From Lama guanicoe (lineage: Eukaryota): 64,000 bases of DNA. Positions 46,701-61,700 of this stretch are shown here, piece by piece; positions within the stretch are counted from its first letter, which is position 1, and every line of letters starts with the position of its first letter. The notes under the pieces are model-generated. The model did no database searches. It was not told where the DNA came from and was given only the letters and a program-made list of their open reading frames with translations. Made by a program: the position numbers and the translations under genes. Where the stretch lies: assembly GCA_013239625.1 (NCBI GenBank), contig MU053376.1, positions 2,569,078-2,633,077 on the forward strand, read 5' to 3'.

Positions 46701-49700
46701 TAACTTTCTAAATTCTTTTATTATTTATAATAATCTTTCGGGTGAATTCTCTTGGGATTCCCCAGGTTGCAATCATAGCATTGCAGATAGTGATTGTTTT
46801 ACCTCTTACTTTCCATTTTTTATATTTCTAATTTATCTTTCCTGTCTACTTATGTTCATTATATTACTCCAGGACTCACTCAGAGAAATATAATTATATA
46901 ATCAGGGATTTATTTACAAGGACCTAACTTGATACAATGGTGGCAGCTGGTTAAACAGTATATATAGGAGGTTGTTCCTTCTCTGTTTCCTACTTGGCCT
47001 GAGGTCAGCAGGGCAGACAGTAAAAAAAGGAAGTTGGATGTGAGGTGGGTGATGCAAAACCAAAATGAGACCTGCATGGATGAGGGGAGCATAGATTGGA
47101 AGTCAGAGTACAGACTAGGGTATACCCACGAGTATGGACTGGAATTCACATTGTTCTTTCACTGCCTCTTAGCCTTCAACCAAAAAGGTGGGAATGTGTT
47201 GTAGGAGAAGTAGTTGCCCTTGACCACAGTGCTCTTGAACTTGGGTCAGAAGTTGGAGTTATGTGAAGGGCACATCCTCTAGGAGCTGCGTTTGCTGTAG
47301 TTCCAGCTGTGCCCTCTGCCAACAAGGTGACAGAGCAGAGAGGCAACAATATGTGTAAACTAAGGTCACATCTTGTGCTCTGTTCTGACCTTTCAAGCAT
47401 AGAAAGAATTCGGCTACTAATTCATATCCGCCATCTCTTCTGGGCCATTCTAACTTGGCATTAATGGAAGAGAAAATTTCAGGAAAAGCATTTTCAGCTT
47501 AGTTATGCTGCCACAACACAAATCTATCATAGTCCATCCCTTGTCAAATTTGGTGTTCATATGCACTTTTTAAAAATTAAAGTATAGTCAGTTTACAATG
47601 TCAATTTCTGGTGTACAGCATAATGTTTCAGTCACATGTGTACATACATGTATTTGTTTCATATTCAATTTCATTAGATTTACCACAAGGTATTGAATAT
47701 AAATAATTTCCTGTGCTATACATAAAAAATTGTTGTTTATCTATTTTATATGTAGTAGTTACTATCTGTAAATCTCAAACTCCCAATTTATACGCAGTTG
47801 TTTTAACCATACTTAGCTTAACTTCCAGATAAAGGCAATAGCAAAATTATGCTTCCAGCTTACCTAATGCAGCATACAATTCACAACATGTGAAAGCATG
47901 CTAACTCTCCCCAAAAGACGATGCTCTTTGAGCTAAGTCATACTTCCCCTTTAATATCCTGCAATTTAAACACTGAGATATAAAGTAAACTACTATTAAC
48001 ACATCTTATTTCGCTGGTAGAGGGATGAAAAAGGTAAAGAGAAAATAATGTAATTCAAAGCAATCTATTCATATAAAAATAAGTAGAAGTATTTATAACG
48101 ATTCTGGTCCTTAGTTCTACAACTGGTCACGTGGTCGTGGTTGGTATTTATAACAACCTGCTTCTATTAGTCATTCATCGCCTGTTCCCTTTGCCCTCAG
48201 CAACCACTTCATCTGATTGTGGTTCTTTGCCTAATGGGATTACCTGAACCGATATTCTTGCAGGGTCTGGGCTGTTTGCAGTCCTGCCTGTATAACTGTG
48301 TTGACTTTAATTAGAGGGCATGAAAGTAGTAAAAAGAGATGCCCCAGGGAGCCTCTTGCCTCCCAGACATGCATATTATCACCATTGTTGCTTTTGAGCG
48401 ATCAAATTTCTTACGGATAATCAGGATTAATCACCCTAGTCAGGAAAGTAAACCTGATGCCAATAAGGATTTCTGACTCTTTTATGGGATTTAATCTTTG
48501 ACTGTCCAAAGACGCTATTCTTTAATCTTTGAAAACAAGTAATCCTACTCTTAGTTGTTTTGATATGGACCATTTGGTTCAATTTTTTGTTGCTATGTGA
48601 TGTGCAGTTTTAAAATGCAAATTAAGGTATTATTTTACTTCTAACATTCACCTGAAATACATTTAAAAACAGTTTTATTTTGTTGTGTTTTTGTTCCTTC
48701 TCCAGATTGTCCAGCTAAGTATATATGGATTCTCTTTGGCTTTTCATCTATAGCTAACATTTTTTTCTCTAATTTTTTTTTATTATTGTTTCATTTTGTT
48801 TGATTTTCTCATGTTTATCTTGTTTCCCTTATTGTGTATGGCTCCCAAGAGGGAAAGTGAGAAGATTCAGAACTAACGTGCTGTTGGAACACCAAAATGT
48901 TCCTATTGGAATAACCAGAAACAACACTTTTCACTTGATTTCCTGGCTAGGTTAGAAAATTACATTTTCAAGAAATTTCAAAATAAAGAGATGCTTAATT
49001 CTTCTTGTTGAAATTTTATTTTTCTTTATGTTATTATTAAATAAATTTCAGGGCCTCTTATATTGCCGAAGGTAACATTTACATTAGTGTTCAGTCACTT
49101 TGTGGGTTTATTGCTTGATAATAGTACAATTTGAAATTATACTAACAATGCTTCCTTTTTTTCTGTTACCGTAATTCATATGGAGCAGTAAGACAAATTG
49201 AAGAAAGCTTAGGACTTGTCAAGAGCTATAGAAATGGGGGTCATGAAGAGGAAGTTAATTGTGTATGGGAAAGAGCAAGCATCTAGAAATCAGAAGGGGG
49301 CGGCCAACCAGAGGGCAAGAGAGTTTGGGGCCAGTAATCTAGCTGGTACTGTCATCTCCCAAAAATCTACAGAACACATTCAAATGAGTCTTTTACCTTA
49401 TACTGTCCTGCTTGAGCTCTGGATGAACTTCATGCCTGACATCTAGTAGATGTCCAATAATAGATTACAGAATAAAAGAACAAACAAACAAATATACACA
49501 TCTCATTGCAGTGATGGAATTTTGCCAAATGGGGTTTTCAATGGGAAGTGTCATCTGAGAAAACATTTTTCTTCATTTTTAATACTGAATAACAAGTCCG
49601 TTTGTTCAGACCCCTTTATTCAATTTAATTTATAGTACATGAATTCCATTAAAGTTTTTGATCATATTTTATTCAGATATGTCTTACTTGGCTCAGCTAC

Positions 49701-52700
49701 TAGTTACTGTGAGATCCAAGATAAAGGAGTTGATTGGAGTGATCCTCTCCCCAAATGTGAAAGTAAGTAAAGATTTTTTTCTGACTTGACTATCAATCAA
49801 AACCATGTTAGGTAATAAAACTCCTATGTGTCTTGGCTGCCGTTAGAATTTGCATCGTGAATGTTAGATTTGTGAGGATGCCTTCCCTGATTATTTCTTC
49901 CTCTTTGCTCACTCATCTCAGTTATCAAGTGTGAGCCTCCTCCAGACATCAGCCATGGGAAGCACAATGGTGGAGAGAAAAATATCTACACATACGGCTC
50001 TTCTGTCACCTACCACTGTGACCCCAACTTCTCAGTGTTGGGCGAAGCCTCCATTTCTTGCTCAGTGGAAAATGAAACAATAGGTGTCTGGAGTCCAAGC
50101 CCTCCTACCTGTAAAAGTAAGTCATGATGAGGAATTTTGGTTTGAAATCTTTGTTTGGAAGACAAAGGAAGGTAAATGTACTGGGGGAAATGAAATGATT
50201 CAAAGACAAAATATCTATTGCAATGACACAGTCATTTATTTGACAAACTGATACTTATGAATGCTCTACCGGTATTTAGTAACAAACAGCACTGACATCT
50301 CTCTGGCTTTGCAAAGTAAAACTCTTTTTTAAATTAAAATATAATTGACTCACAGTATTATATTAGTTTCAGGTATAATACATAGTGATTTGATATCTTT
50401 ATACAGTATAAAATGATCATCATAAGTTTGGTTACCATCTGTCACCATACAAAGTTATTACAATGTGACTATATTCTCTATGCTGTACATTACATCCTTG
50501 AAATGTATTTATTTTATAACTGCAAGTTTGTACCTCTTAATTTCCTGTACCTGTTTTGCCCACCCCCTGCTTCCCTTCCTTTCGGCAACCATCAATTTGT
50601 TCTCTGTATCTATGAGTCTTTCTGCTTGTTTTGTTTTTTAGGTTTCACACATAATTAAAATCATATGATACTGTCTCTGCTGACACTTCACTTAGCATAA
50701 TACCCTCTAGGTCCATCCATGTTATCACAAATGGCAAGATGTTGTTCTTTTTTATGGCTGAGTAATATTCCGCTATATGTCTTTTCCTCGTTGTATAAAC
50801 TTGCCTCTTTTATCCTAGAATAATTGGCCATATAAGGGTTTATTTCTGGACTCTCAATTCTGTTCCAATTATCTGTGTGTCTGTTTTTGTGCCAGTGCCA
50901 TATTGTTTTGATTACTAAAGTTTTGCAGTATAGTTTGAAATCAGGGACTGTGACAACTTTTGCCTTGTTCTTTTATTCTCAAGATTGCTTTGGCTATTTG
51001 AGGTCTTTTGTGGTTCCATATAGACTTTAGGTGTTCTAGTTTTCTGAAAAGTGACACAAGTATTTTGATTGGGATTGCATTAAATCTGTAGATTGCTTTG
51101 GGTAGTATGGACATTTTAACAATGTTAATTTTTCCAACCCATGAATACATAATATGTTTCCATTTTTTGGCATCATCTGATTTCTTTTATCAGTGTCTTG
51201 TAGTTTTCAGAGTACAGGTTGTTCACCTCCTTGGCTAAATTTATTCCAATATATTTTATTCTTTTTTGGTGCAGTTATAAATGGGATCGTTTTCTTAACT
51301 TCTCTTTCTGTTAGTCTACAATTAGTATATAGAAATGCAATAGGTCTCTGTATGTTAATTTTGTATTCTGCAACTTGACTGAATTCGTTTGTTGATTCTA
51401 ATAGTCTTCTTTGTGGTGTCTTTAGGGTTTTCTATGTACAGTATCATGCTGTCTGTAAATAAGGACAGTTTTACTTCTTCTCTTCCAACTGGGGTGCCTT
51501 TTATTTCTTTTTGTTCTATGAGTGCTGTGGGCTAGGACTTCCAACATCATGGAGATTAAAAATGGTGAGAGTGGACATCTTAGAGGAACAGCTTTCAGCT
51601 TTTCATTATTGAATATAATATTAGCTGTGGGTTTGTCATATATGGCCTTTATTATGTCGAGGCATGTTTCCCCTATGCCCACTTTGTTGAGAGTTTTTAT
51701 CATAAATAGATGTGAATTTTGTCAAATACTTTTTCTGGGTCTACTGAGATGATCATATGATTTTTATACTTTATTTTTTAATGTGGTGTACCATGTTGAT
51801 TGATTTTTTGGATATTGAACCATTCTTTCATCTCTGGAATAAGTCCCACTTCATCATGGTGTGTGATTCTTTCACTGTATTGTTGAATTTGACTTGCTAA
51901 TATTTTGTTAAGGATTTTTGCCTCTATGTTCATTAGGAATATTGACCTGTATTTTTTTGGAAGTGTCTTTGCCTGCTTTTGGTATCATGGTAATGCTGGC
52001 CACGTAGAATGAATTTGGAAGCATTTCCTCCTTTTCAACTTTTTGGAATCGTTTGAGAAGGATAGAAGTCACATCTGGTCTTGGACTTTTATTTGTTGGG
52101 AGTTTTTTTTTTATTACTGATTCAGTTTCATTACTAGTAATTAGATTGTTATATTATCTATTTCTTCTTGAGTCAGTCTTGGAAGATTATGTGTTTTTAG
52201 GAACTTATTCATTTCTTCTAGGTTGTCCAATTTGTTGGTATATAATTATTCATATTAGTCTCTTAAAATTGTTTGTGTTTCTGTGATATTAGTTGTAACT
52301 TCTCTTTCATTTCTGATTTTATTTATTTGGGCCCTCTCTCTTCTTTTCCTGAGGAACTTGGTTAAACATTTATCAATTTTGTTTATCATTTCAAAGAACA
52401 AGTTCTTAGCTTCATTAATTTTTTTCCTATTGTTTTTTATAGTCTCTATTTTATTTATTTTCACTCTGATTTTTATTATTTCCTTCCTCCTACTAACTTT
52501 ATAATTTGTTTGTTCTAGTTCTTTTGGTTCTTTAGGTGTAAATTTTGATTATTTGTTTGAGATTTTACTTTTTTCTTGAGGTAGGTCTATATTGCTGTGA
52601 ACTGCCCTCTTAGAATTGCTTTTGTTGCAACCCATAGATTTTGAAAAGTTGTGTTTCCATTTTTATTTCTCTCGAGGTATTTTTTGATTTCCTTTTTGAT

Positions 52701-55700
52701 TTCTTCATTGATCCAATGTAGCATGTTTAGCATGTTGTTTAGTCTCCATGTGTTTATATATTTTTCCATTTTTTTCTTCTTATAATTAACTTCTAATTTC
52801 ATATTGTTGTGGTTGAAAAATACTTCAGTTTTGTTAAATTTATTGAAACTTGTTTTGTGGTCTAACATGTGATGTATTCTGGAGAATATTCCATGTGCAC
52901 TTGAGAATAACGTGCATTCTGCAGTTTTTAGATAGAATGTTTTGTGTATATCTATTAAAACTATCTGATCTAATGTGTAATTTAAAATCAGTATTTCCTG
53001 ATTAATGTTCCATTTGGATGGTCTATCCATTGCTGTAAGTGAGGTATTAAAGTCCCCTACTATTATTGTGTTACTGTCAATTTCTCCCTTTGTACTTTTT
53101 TAATATACAAATTTTTATTGAAGTATAGTGAGTTTACACTGTTGTATCAATTTCTCCGTTTGTGTTTGTGAACATTTGTTTTACATATTTAGGTGCTTCT
53201 ATGTTGGGTGCATAGATATTTATAAGTGTTATATCCTCTTCTTGGATTGACCCCTTTATTGTTAGGTAATACACTTCTTTAAAGCATTTTGTTACAGTCT
53301 TTGTTTTAAAGTCTATTTGTTCTGATATGAGTATTGCTAGCCCAGCTTTCCTTTTGTTTTCATTTGCCTGGAATATCTTTTCCCATCTCTTCACCTTCAG
53401 TCTGTGTGTGTGTTTAGCTGTAAAGTGAGTCTCTTTTAGGCAGTATACAAAAAAAAAATTTTTTTAATTCTTTCAGCTTCCCTATGTCTTTTGATTGGAA
53501 CATTTAGTCCATTTACATTTCAAGTAGTTATGGATAAGAATGTACTTACTGCTATTTTGTTCATTGTTTTCTGGTTGTTTTATAGTTCTTTTTTTATTCC
53601 TTTCTTCTTCTCTTAGTCTTTTCCTTTGTGAGTTGATGATTTTCTCTAGTGTTATGTGTTTGGGTTCCTTTCTCTTTAATGTTTGCATACTTACTCTAGG
53701 TTTTTGATTTATAGTTACCATGATTTTTATATATATCAACATTTGTTATATGTATCAGTTTATTTTAAACTGATAGCCACTTAAGTTCAAATGAATTCTA
53801 AAAGCATTACATTTTTAATGCTCCCCATTCTATGTTTTTGAATCAGAGTTTACGTATTTTTATTTTTTGTATCCCTAAAACTACTTATTATAGCTATGGT
53901 TGATTTTTGTTACCTTTGTCTTTTAGCTTTTATACTAGTTTTTTAAGTGGTTGATCCGCTGCCTTTGCTATATATTTGCCTTTAACAGTGAAATTTTTTC
54001 TTTCATATATTTTCTTATTTCTAGTATGGCCTTTTCTTTTCTGCTTACAAAAGACCCTTGAACATTTTTTGTAAGGCAGGTTTACTAGTAATGAACTCCT
54101 TCAGATTTTCCTTGTCTGTAAAACTCTTTATCTCTCCAATTCTGAGGAGTATTATTGCTTGTAAGTTCCCCCCCTTCAGCATTTTAAATTTATCATGCTG
54201 CTCCCTTTTGGCCTGCAAAATTTCTGCTGAAAACTTATCTGGTAGCTTTATTGGGGGGTTCCCAACCAGTATGTGACTGGTTGTTTTTCTCTTGTTGCCT
54301 TTAAAACTCTCTATCTTTAACTTTTGCCATTTTAATTATGATATATCTTGGTGTGGTTCATCTTGTTTGGGGTTCTCTATAATTTCTGGACCTGACTATC
54401 TGTTTCCTTTCCCAGATAGAGAAATTTTCAGCCATTATTTCTTCAAATGATTTTTCTGCCCCTTTCTTTCTCTATTCTCCTTCTGGGGCTCCATCAATGA
54501 AAATATTAGTTTGCTTGATGTTGCTTTTAAACAAGCCTCATTAAAAATTAATTTTTTCCTCTTTTTCCTATTCTGATTGGGTGATTTTTACTATTCTGTC
54601 TTCCAGATTACTTATCCATTCTTGTGTATCACCTAATCTGCTATTGATTTCTTCTAGGGTATTATTAATTTTATTTTATTTATTGTATTCTTCAGCTCTA
54701 ATTGGTTCTTTCATGTATTTTCTAAGTCTTTGTTGAAGTTTTCACTGTGTTCCTTCATTCTTCTCCTGAGTTTGGTAAGCATATTTATGATAATTATTTT
54801 TAACTTTTTATCAGGTAAATTACTTATCTGCATGTCATTAGGGTTGTTTAAAATAGGGCTTTTTCTTGTTCCTTTGTTTGGAACATATTCCTCTGTCTCT
54901 TAATTTTGTCTGACTTACCATGTTTGTGTCTATGAATTAGGCAAAACAGAATGAGCACAGGCTGCAGAGGGTGGTCCTATCACACACTGCATTGGGGCTG
55001 CCTTTGTGGTACAGCTGAAGCTGGAGTGGGTGTGGGTGGGAGGGTGCTTTGCACCAGGGCCACCCTGGTGGGATGGCTGGAGTTGGAGTGGGCATGGGCT
55101 GGGGTGGAGGGGTAACCCACAGGCAAATTTAAAGTTGATTCTCTTTTATGTTGAGTTTGCTGCATGTCCAGGAAACTCTCTAGAGCAGCTATAGTCTAAG
55201 TGTTAATTTAGCAACCATCTCAGCAATCCAGGTTGCCTTGATCTTGTGGCATCTTGATATCAAAATGTGCTTTCACAATCTCTTTAGAAGAGGAAGAGAG
55301 AAAAGCAGGTTATCTCCCTTCTTTAAGAGCTTTGGCCTGAAAGTGATGACATACCACTTTGCATTGCAGCCTTTTGTCCAAAACTAGTAACATGTAGACC
55401 CTCCCTACCCTAAGGGAACTGAGGAATATCATCTTTTGTCTGTGCAGGAAGCAGAACTGGGAATACTGATTAGCACTTTTCACATCAATCACATATGCCT
55501 ACAGGGCAAGTGAAACCTACTAGACACCAGAAGTTCAACAGGACAAAGCAAAAATAATTGAGCCAGAAGAAATATTGTGGCTTTGCTAGTTTGCTAATCT
55601 AAGGCGTCTTCCTTTGCTACTAAGCACCTATAGAGTATCACTTACTATTCTGAGTCATCATAGGGTACAGTCAAACCAGGGGATAGACGAGCATGATACT

Positions 55701-58700
55701 GCAAACAGTTCCAAATGCCTGAAGAACTCTCAGGAGTTCAGAGTGAAGGTGAGGTGGGGACCTTGAAAGGGTTTAACTAGGGGAGCAAATGTGCTGCATC
55801 TTAGAAAGATAACTCTGGCTGCAGAATGGACAATTTAAAGTGGAATAAAACTTAACTCGTAGTCACCTGTTGCAACTATCCAGCCAAGTAGTGAAGGTGG
55901 CTTCAACTGTAGCCACAGCAGTTGGCCCAGGGAGTAGTTGAGGAATCAAAGAAGAACTAACATGGCAGGACTGTCAGGGTTTGACGACTGACTGATGTGG
56001 GGATGGGAGGCAGAGAAAGTTTGTGTTTTGCTTGTGATGGTGCAGATATCTCTTGCCCTGGCTGCTTCTTCATCATGACCACTGCCTCTGACTCACCACC
56101 AAAATCATCCAGGAGAGTCGGTCATTATAAGGGGAGGATTTGAGGACTTTGAGATATTTTTTTCCCCTGGATTATATACGGGGAATTTTTCTTGAGAAAG
56201 GAAGTTAGAGCCACTCATAAGCATCTCACAATTGAACCAACATGATGGGATCTCATTTTACTTTTAAAAGTTGAAATAAAAAAAAAAGAGAAAGAATGAA
56301 CCTTGAAATTAAAAAAAAATACATATGTATATAATCCATTTGTGTTTTTTTCACACCTTTATTGTGGTATGGTTCCTGTACAGTAAGCGACACATATTTC
56401 AGATGTGCACTTTGATGAGTTTTGGTAGATGTCTACACCTGTGAAACCACCACCACAACCAAGATAGCTAACATTTCCATTTATCTTTTCTTATGAGTCT
56501 TTAGAAGTCATTTGTTCTCGGCCAGTGGTTACAAATGGGAAAATAATCACCGGATTTGGACCCACCTATACTTATAAACAGACTGTTGTATTTGGCTGCA
56601 ATAAAGGTTTCATCCTGAAGGGCAGCAGTTTAATCCATTGTGAAGAAGATAACAACTGGAATCCTCCTCCTCCCATCTGTGAACTCAGTAAGTGTGGACC
56701 ATGAAGGAATTTCAATGTTTGGCATTTAACGATATCCAGAAACGCTGGTGGCAGCATGCTCCTGTGCCCAAGGCCACTTGAAATCACAGTAGAAATTTAA
56801 ATTGACATCAATCCCTTTATTTTTTTCTTGCTAGAAAAAAGAGTGATTTCATTACACTGTGCAAGGTTATATGACACTGCAAACGGCTGCCATGTGCAGT
56901 TGTGAAGGTTGTGCATACTCCAACCTAAAGAGAGAGATTAGCATTGTAGACATTGTGGATTTGTATGTTTATTTCAACATTTTTCTTGCAGTTGACAGAA
57001 AATTATTTTGTTCTAACAAAATCATTATATTACAATAATTGCTTTGAAAGCTGAATAGCAAAGTGTCCTGAGGGAAAAATGCCTTTTTTTCTAACTTGCA
57101 CAGAAGTATTTTATAGACTATGATTCTGACATTCTAAAATTATAAATTCATGTGGATCATTAAAAATTATCTTAGTAGTAATAATGATAACTTGGTGCTA
57201 GTCTAGGTACATAATAAGAATCAATTTAATGAATTCTCCCCAGAATTGTGGGCCCTATTGTTTTCCTCATTTTATCGGTAAGAAATCTATTCACAGAGGT
57301 TATTTAAAATGTCCCAGAATAGGCATATCTATATAGACAGAAAGTATTTTAGTGCTTTCCAGGGCCTGGGAGAAGGTGAGACTAGGGAGTGACTGCTTTC
57401 TCAGGTTGATACAAAAATATCCTAAAATTGGAGAATGGTGATGGTTGTACAACTCTGCGAATATACTAAAAAGCATTGGATTCTGTATTTTAAATGGGTG
57501 AATGGTATGTTATGTGACTTGTATCTCAATAAAACTGTTAAAAAAGAACCTTACCCTATATGCCATCTTAAATGTTTGAAGATAAAACGTAATATACATC
57601 CCGCTTGGCAGATGTTTTATATTTCCGTATCGTGTGAACCAGCAGCATCAGGAAAGAGTAAAGAGGACAAGACGCAAGATTTAAGCTCAAAAGTCACTTG
57701 GTCTTTGGCTTATTCTTGCCAAATCCTTAAATGATAAAGTTCCTGAATCTGAACTTCATCTGAATAAGAGGAGTGACTTGTTTATTTTCTCCCATCAATC
57801 AAGAAACAAAGCAGTTAGATTTGTTTGCCTGCAACAGTTCTCCAGCCATATCTACCTTGCAAGCCCAATGCTTTGATTTAGAGACTAAACGTTCTGAAAT
57901 CAATGAAGAGGAAGAAGAATGAACACTTGAACAGTTGGCACAGCAGAGGAGCCACTTAGTAGTGCCGTCAGTGAGAACCTCTCTGGTGCAGTGCACATGT
58001 GTGCACATGTCCATGTGTGTTTCCTGGTGTGGCTGACTCATCAGCCATAGCAGGCTGGCTCCTGGCTGATTGAACACGTGACACCCTTTGATAGGAAAGG
58101 TTCACTGATCACTGGTGCATCCCTAGTAAAAGTGTCCTTTTCCCTTGTTCTTCTGTTATGACCAGATAGTTGCATTGGCTTACCAGACATCCCTCATTCC
58201 ACCTGGGAACGATATATCTCCTATATGCGAGCAGAAGAGAAGGTGTATGAGGTTGGGACAACGTTGATGTATTCCTGCCAACCTGGGTATAAACCCGCAG
58301 CAAATGAGCCTACAACGGTGACTTGTCAGGAAGATTTGAAGTGGACCCCGAGCAAAGGATGTGAGGGTGAGTTTCTGTTTTTAAAATCTTTTTGTATATT
58401 AAATCTCCACTGTGTGCTAGGATTTTCCACCTTAAATGAATATAATTTTTTCCTCAAGATAAATTTTAAATTATATTAATTGAACACAATAGTGAACTTT
58501 CCAGAATGGACCAGAAAGGTCTTGGGAGTTTGAGGAGCTGAGAAATTATGATCTTATTCCAGTTCAGAATCAAATGAGACACAGGCACGGAAGTCAAAGA
58601 TTATGCAGATTAAGTATGAGCTTCATTACTGATAAAGGTAGAATGGTGAATGCAGCTCAGTTATTGCTAGAGTCAGACCTTCGTCACAGCCCTTTCCCTC

Positions 58701-61700
58701 CCAGTGTAGACTTTGGGGTGCTTGGTAGCAGGAAAGTCTATGAAACAGTCATGAACTCAACCAGCCACAGGGTGACTTGTGTCTCATGTCTCTTGAGCCA
58801 TGGGACTGTTGCACTGAAAGAGCTGGGTCTTGTTGACCTGCCTCCAGAGGACAGACTCACCCCTGACCCAGTATTCTTGCCTTAGTAGGATGGAAAGGAG
58901 ACCTTTTCTCCAGTCTCACTTGAGAGAATAAGTGAAGGGTTGAGAGACATGTGGTTGCCATTTTATGGGCCTCAGTGGAATTGACAACATGCATTTTTCT
59001 ACACATCTATCAGAACCTTGCCATTTTAGAGGTGAAGACACTGAGGCCCAGAATACAGGGAACTTTATCCCCTAGATTAGAATTTGAAAAACATGTGAAA
59101 TGCACAAATAATTAAAAATGGTGGTTTAGATCTACCTAATGAGAGAATATTCATTTCACATTAGGACTTAAGGTTTAATTGCAGTTGTTCAGACTCATTT
59201 TGGGGAAATAGAATAAAAGGTTTTAACAATATGACTGAATTAAAAATATGTTTAACAAAACTTATTGCCACCACTTAAATGACAAAGTATTGATTAGTAT
59301 AAACCTTTGAGAATCCTCATTAATGACTAAAAACAATGACATGCAATTAATACCTTAATTTTTTTCTATATAAATGAATGTTTATACATGTTTAAACACC
59401 TACTTTTAAATTATATTTATTTTTACCCACTATGGTCTTATTGATTGAATTATTTAGTAAGGAACTTTTCAACCGCTTAAAAGGCAGAAGTAAAATAGTA
59501 TTTATCCAAGTTATCATAAAATCTGACTAAATAGGAATTTAGAATCATGACTTAACTATTTAAAAGTATTTCCTATAATGTAAAGCATTACATAAAAATT
59601 ATTGTTACTGTTTGGAAACCACATGAATGTTGGGTATTTTTATTATAATTCATAAGCAAATGAGTGCTGAGAATATTTGAGTGTGCCTGAAAGACCCCAT
59701 TGTCATGCTGGTCAAGATACAAATATGAAGAGTATTTTATTCTGTTCTGATGTTTCCACTTATATCCAATGCTATCAAGTTCTATCTGAAAATATTTCTA
59801 CTAATGAATAAAAATTTTATCCCCGTATCAGCTCTTATTGTATTAAAAATGAAAGAATTTGAAGAGCTAGTTCTCTTAAATTGGGCATCAAAAAAGAAAA
59901 ATCCCGGCCTTAAGCAATAATTTAAATCTATTTTTATGCGTTAGGTGTCAGGCAGCTACAGACTTTTGTGCATATTCTTCCTCCTGTGAATGAAGAAGTG
60001 TAAATTATTAGAGAGCTTAATAATGAGGTAACCCTAGTGAAGCCATAAGCAGATGGATGTCATTTCTCATTGCTCTAAAACAGTTTTGAAAGATTTACAT
60101 TTTCATTCAGGCTAATCCAACTTCTTATTTTGGAAGCTCCTAATGAAAATATTTAGTTGGAGGAAATGACCGAGTTGGAGTACTTGCAGCAAATCTGGGC
60201 CAGGGAGAGCAGACTCAAAGTGTCTGTTTTCCCAGCCTCTCTTCAGTGTCTCGTGAGATCTTCTAAAAGTAGAAATTAGATTTTTAGCCATAGGAGCCTT
60301 CTCATGGTGATTTTACTAATCATTAGCTTTCTTTCATATTTTTTAGAGGTATGTTGCCCAATACCAGAGCTGAAGGATGTCACAATCACTCATCGCAGAC
60401 CAAGTGGCTTCAACAACGGCTGTGCCTATTTCTTTGGAGATTCGGTTTCATATACATGTCCTGGGAAACGTACATTTAGTGCTAGATGCACAGGGGATGG
60501 CACGTGGAATCCTAAGACGCCAGCATGTGAGCCAAGTAAGAGCTTATGGAGTCATGCTATTTTAGATGTTTCTTCACATCAAAATAATGATTATTATTTT
60601 TCAACTGAAGTACAGTTGATCTGCAATATTATATCAGTTTCAGATGTACAAGCTAGAGATTCATAATTTTTAAAGGCCATAAGGTGATACTCCATTCACA
60701 GTTATACAATCGGCTATATTCTGTGTGTTGTACTGTACATTCCTGTAGCTTATTTCCTTTATACATACTAGGTTGTATCTCTTAATCCCCTACTCTTATC
60801 TTGCTCCTCCCAGCTTCCCAACTGGTAACCACTAGTTTGTTCCCTGTATCTGTGAGTCTTTTTCTGCTTTGTTATACTCATTAATTTGTTTTATTTTTTA
60901 GATCCTACATATAAGAGAAAACATAGAGTATTTGTCTTTCTCTGTTTGACTTTTTCACTAACCATAATACTCTCCAGATCCATCCAGGTTGTTGCAAATG
61001 GCAAAACTTCATATATATCACATCTTCTTTATGCATTCATCTGTTGATTGACACTTATGGTTCCTTCCATATCTTGGCTATTGTAAATAATGCTACTATG
61101 AACATTCAAAATGATGGACATTATTAAGGGAAAGTTTCAAATTGGGTCAAAGAGACTTGGGCTGGTGGGTTAGAACAATGAACATCTCAGGGAGGTAAGT
61201 ATTAATAACTGTTGTGCCTTCTGTTGAGAAAGAGAAAAATACCGTGGTTTATTCTCTACCATGCTTTTTTCATAATTTGCTTTTAGAATTTAGAGTTTAG
61301 GAAATGTGTAAAGCTGATGCTTTGTTTGATGTTGGTATTTTTTATGTGTTCTACTTTATTACCCCTAACATTGTGTGTGTAATTTGAATGTAGCAAATCA
61401 ATTTGCAGTGAAAGTCCTTTATTGCAGCATCATTCAGTTGGAAAATGAAAAAACGCTTGTTCCCATTCTTTTGACCCTCCTGGTGTCCTTTCTTTTAGTC
61501 AGTCAGTGAAAATAGGCCACATCTAATAGAGAAGCTAGAGTTTTCAATTATTTCCTTTTGTTTCTTGGCATTTATTCTCTTTTCTTCTCTTCCTTCTGGT
61601 CCATATGCCTTAAACTGCAGTATCAGATCTGTCCAAATCTGTCTGAACCTGCCTTTCTGAACGTGCTTCTTTTCATCCTTCTCTACCTTTTATATTCTGG

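Noticed and set aside
58030..58047. Palindromic tggctgactcatcagcca (AP-1/MARE-like)
   Set aside because: A single isolated motif; function cannot be supported from sequence alone.
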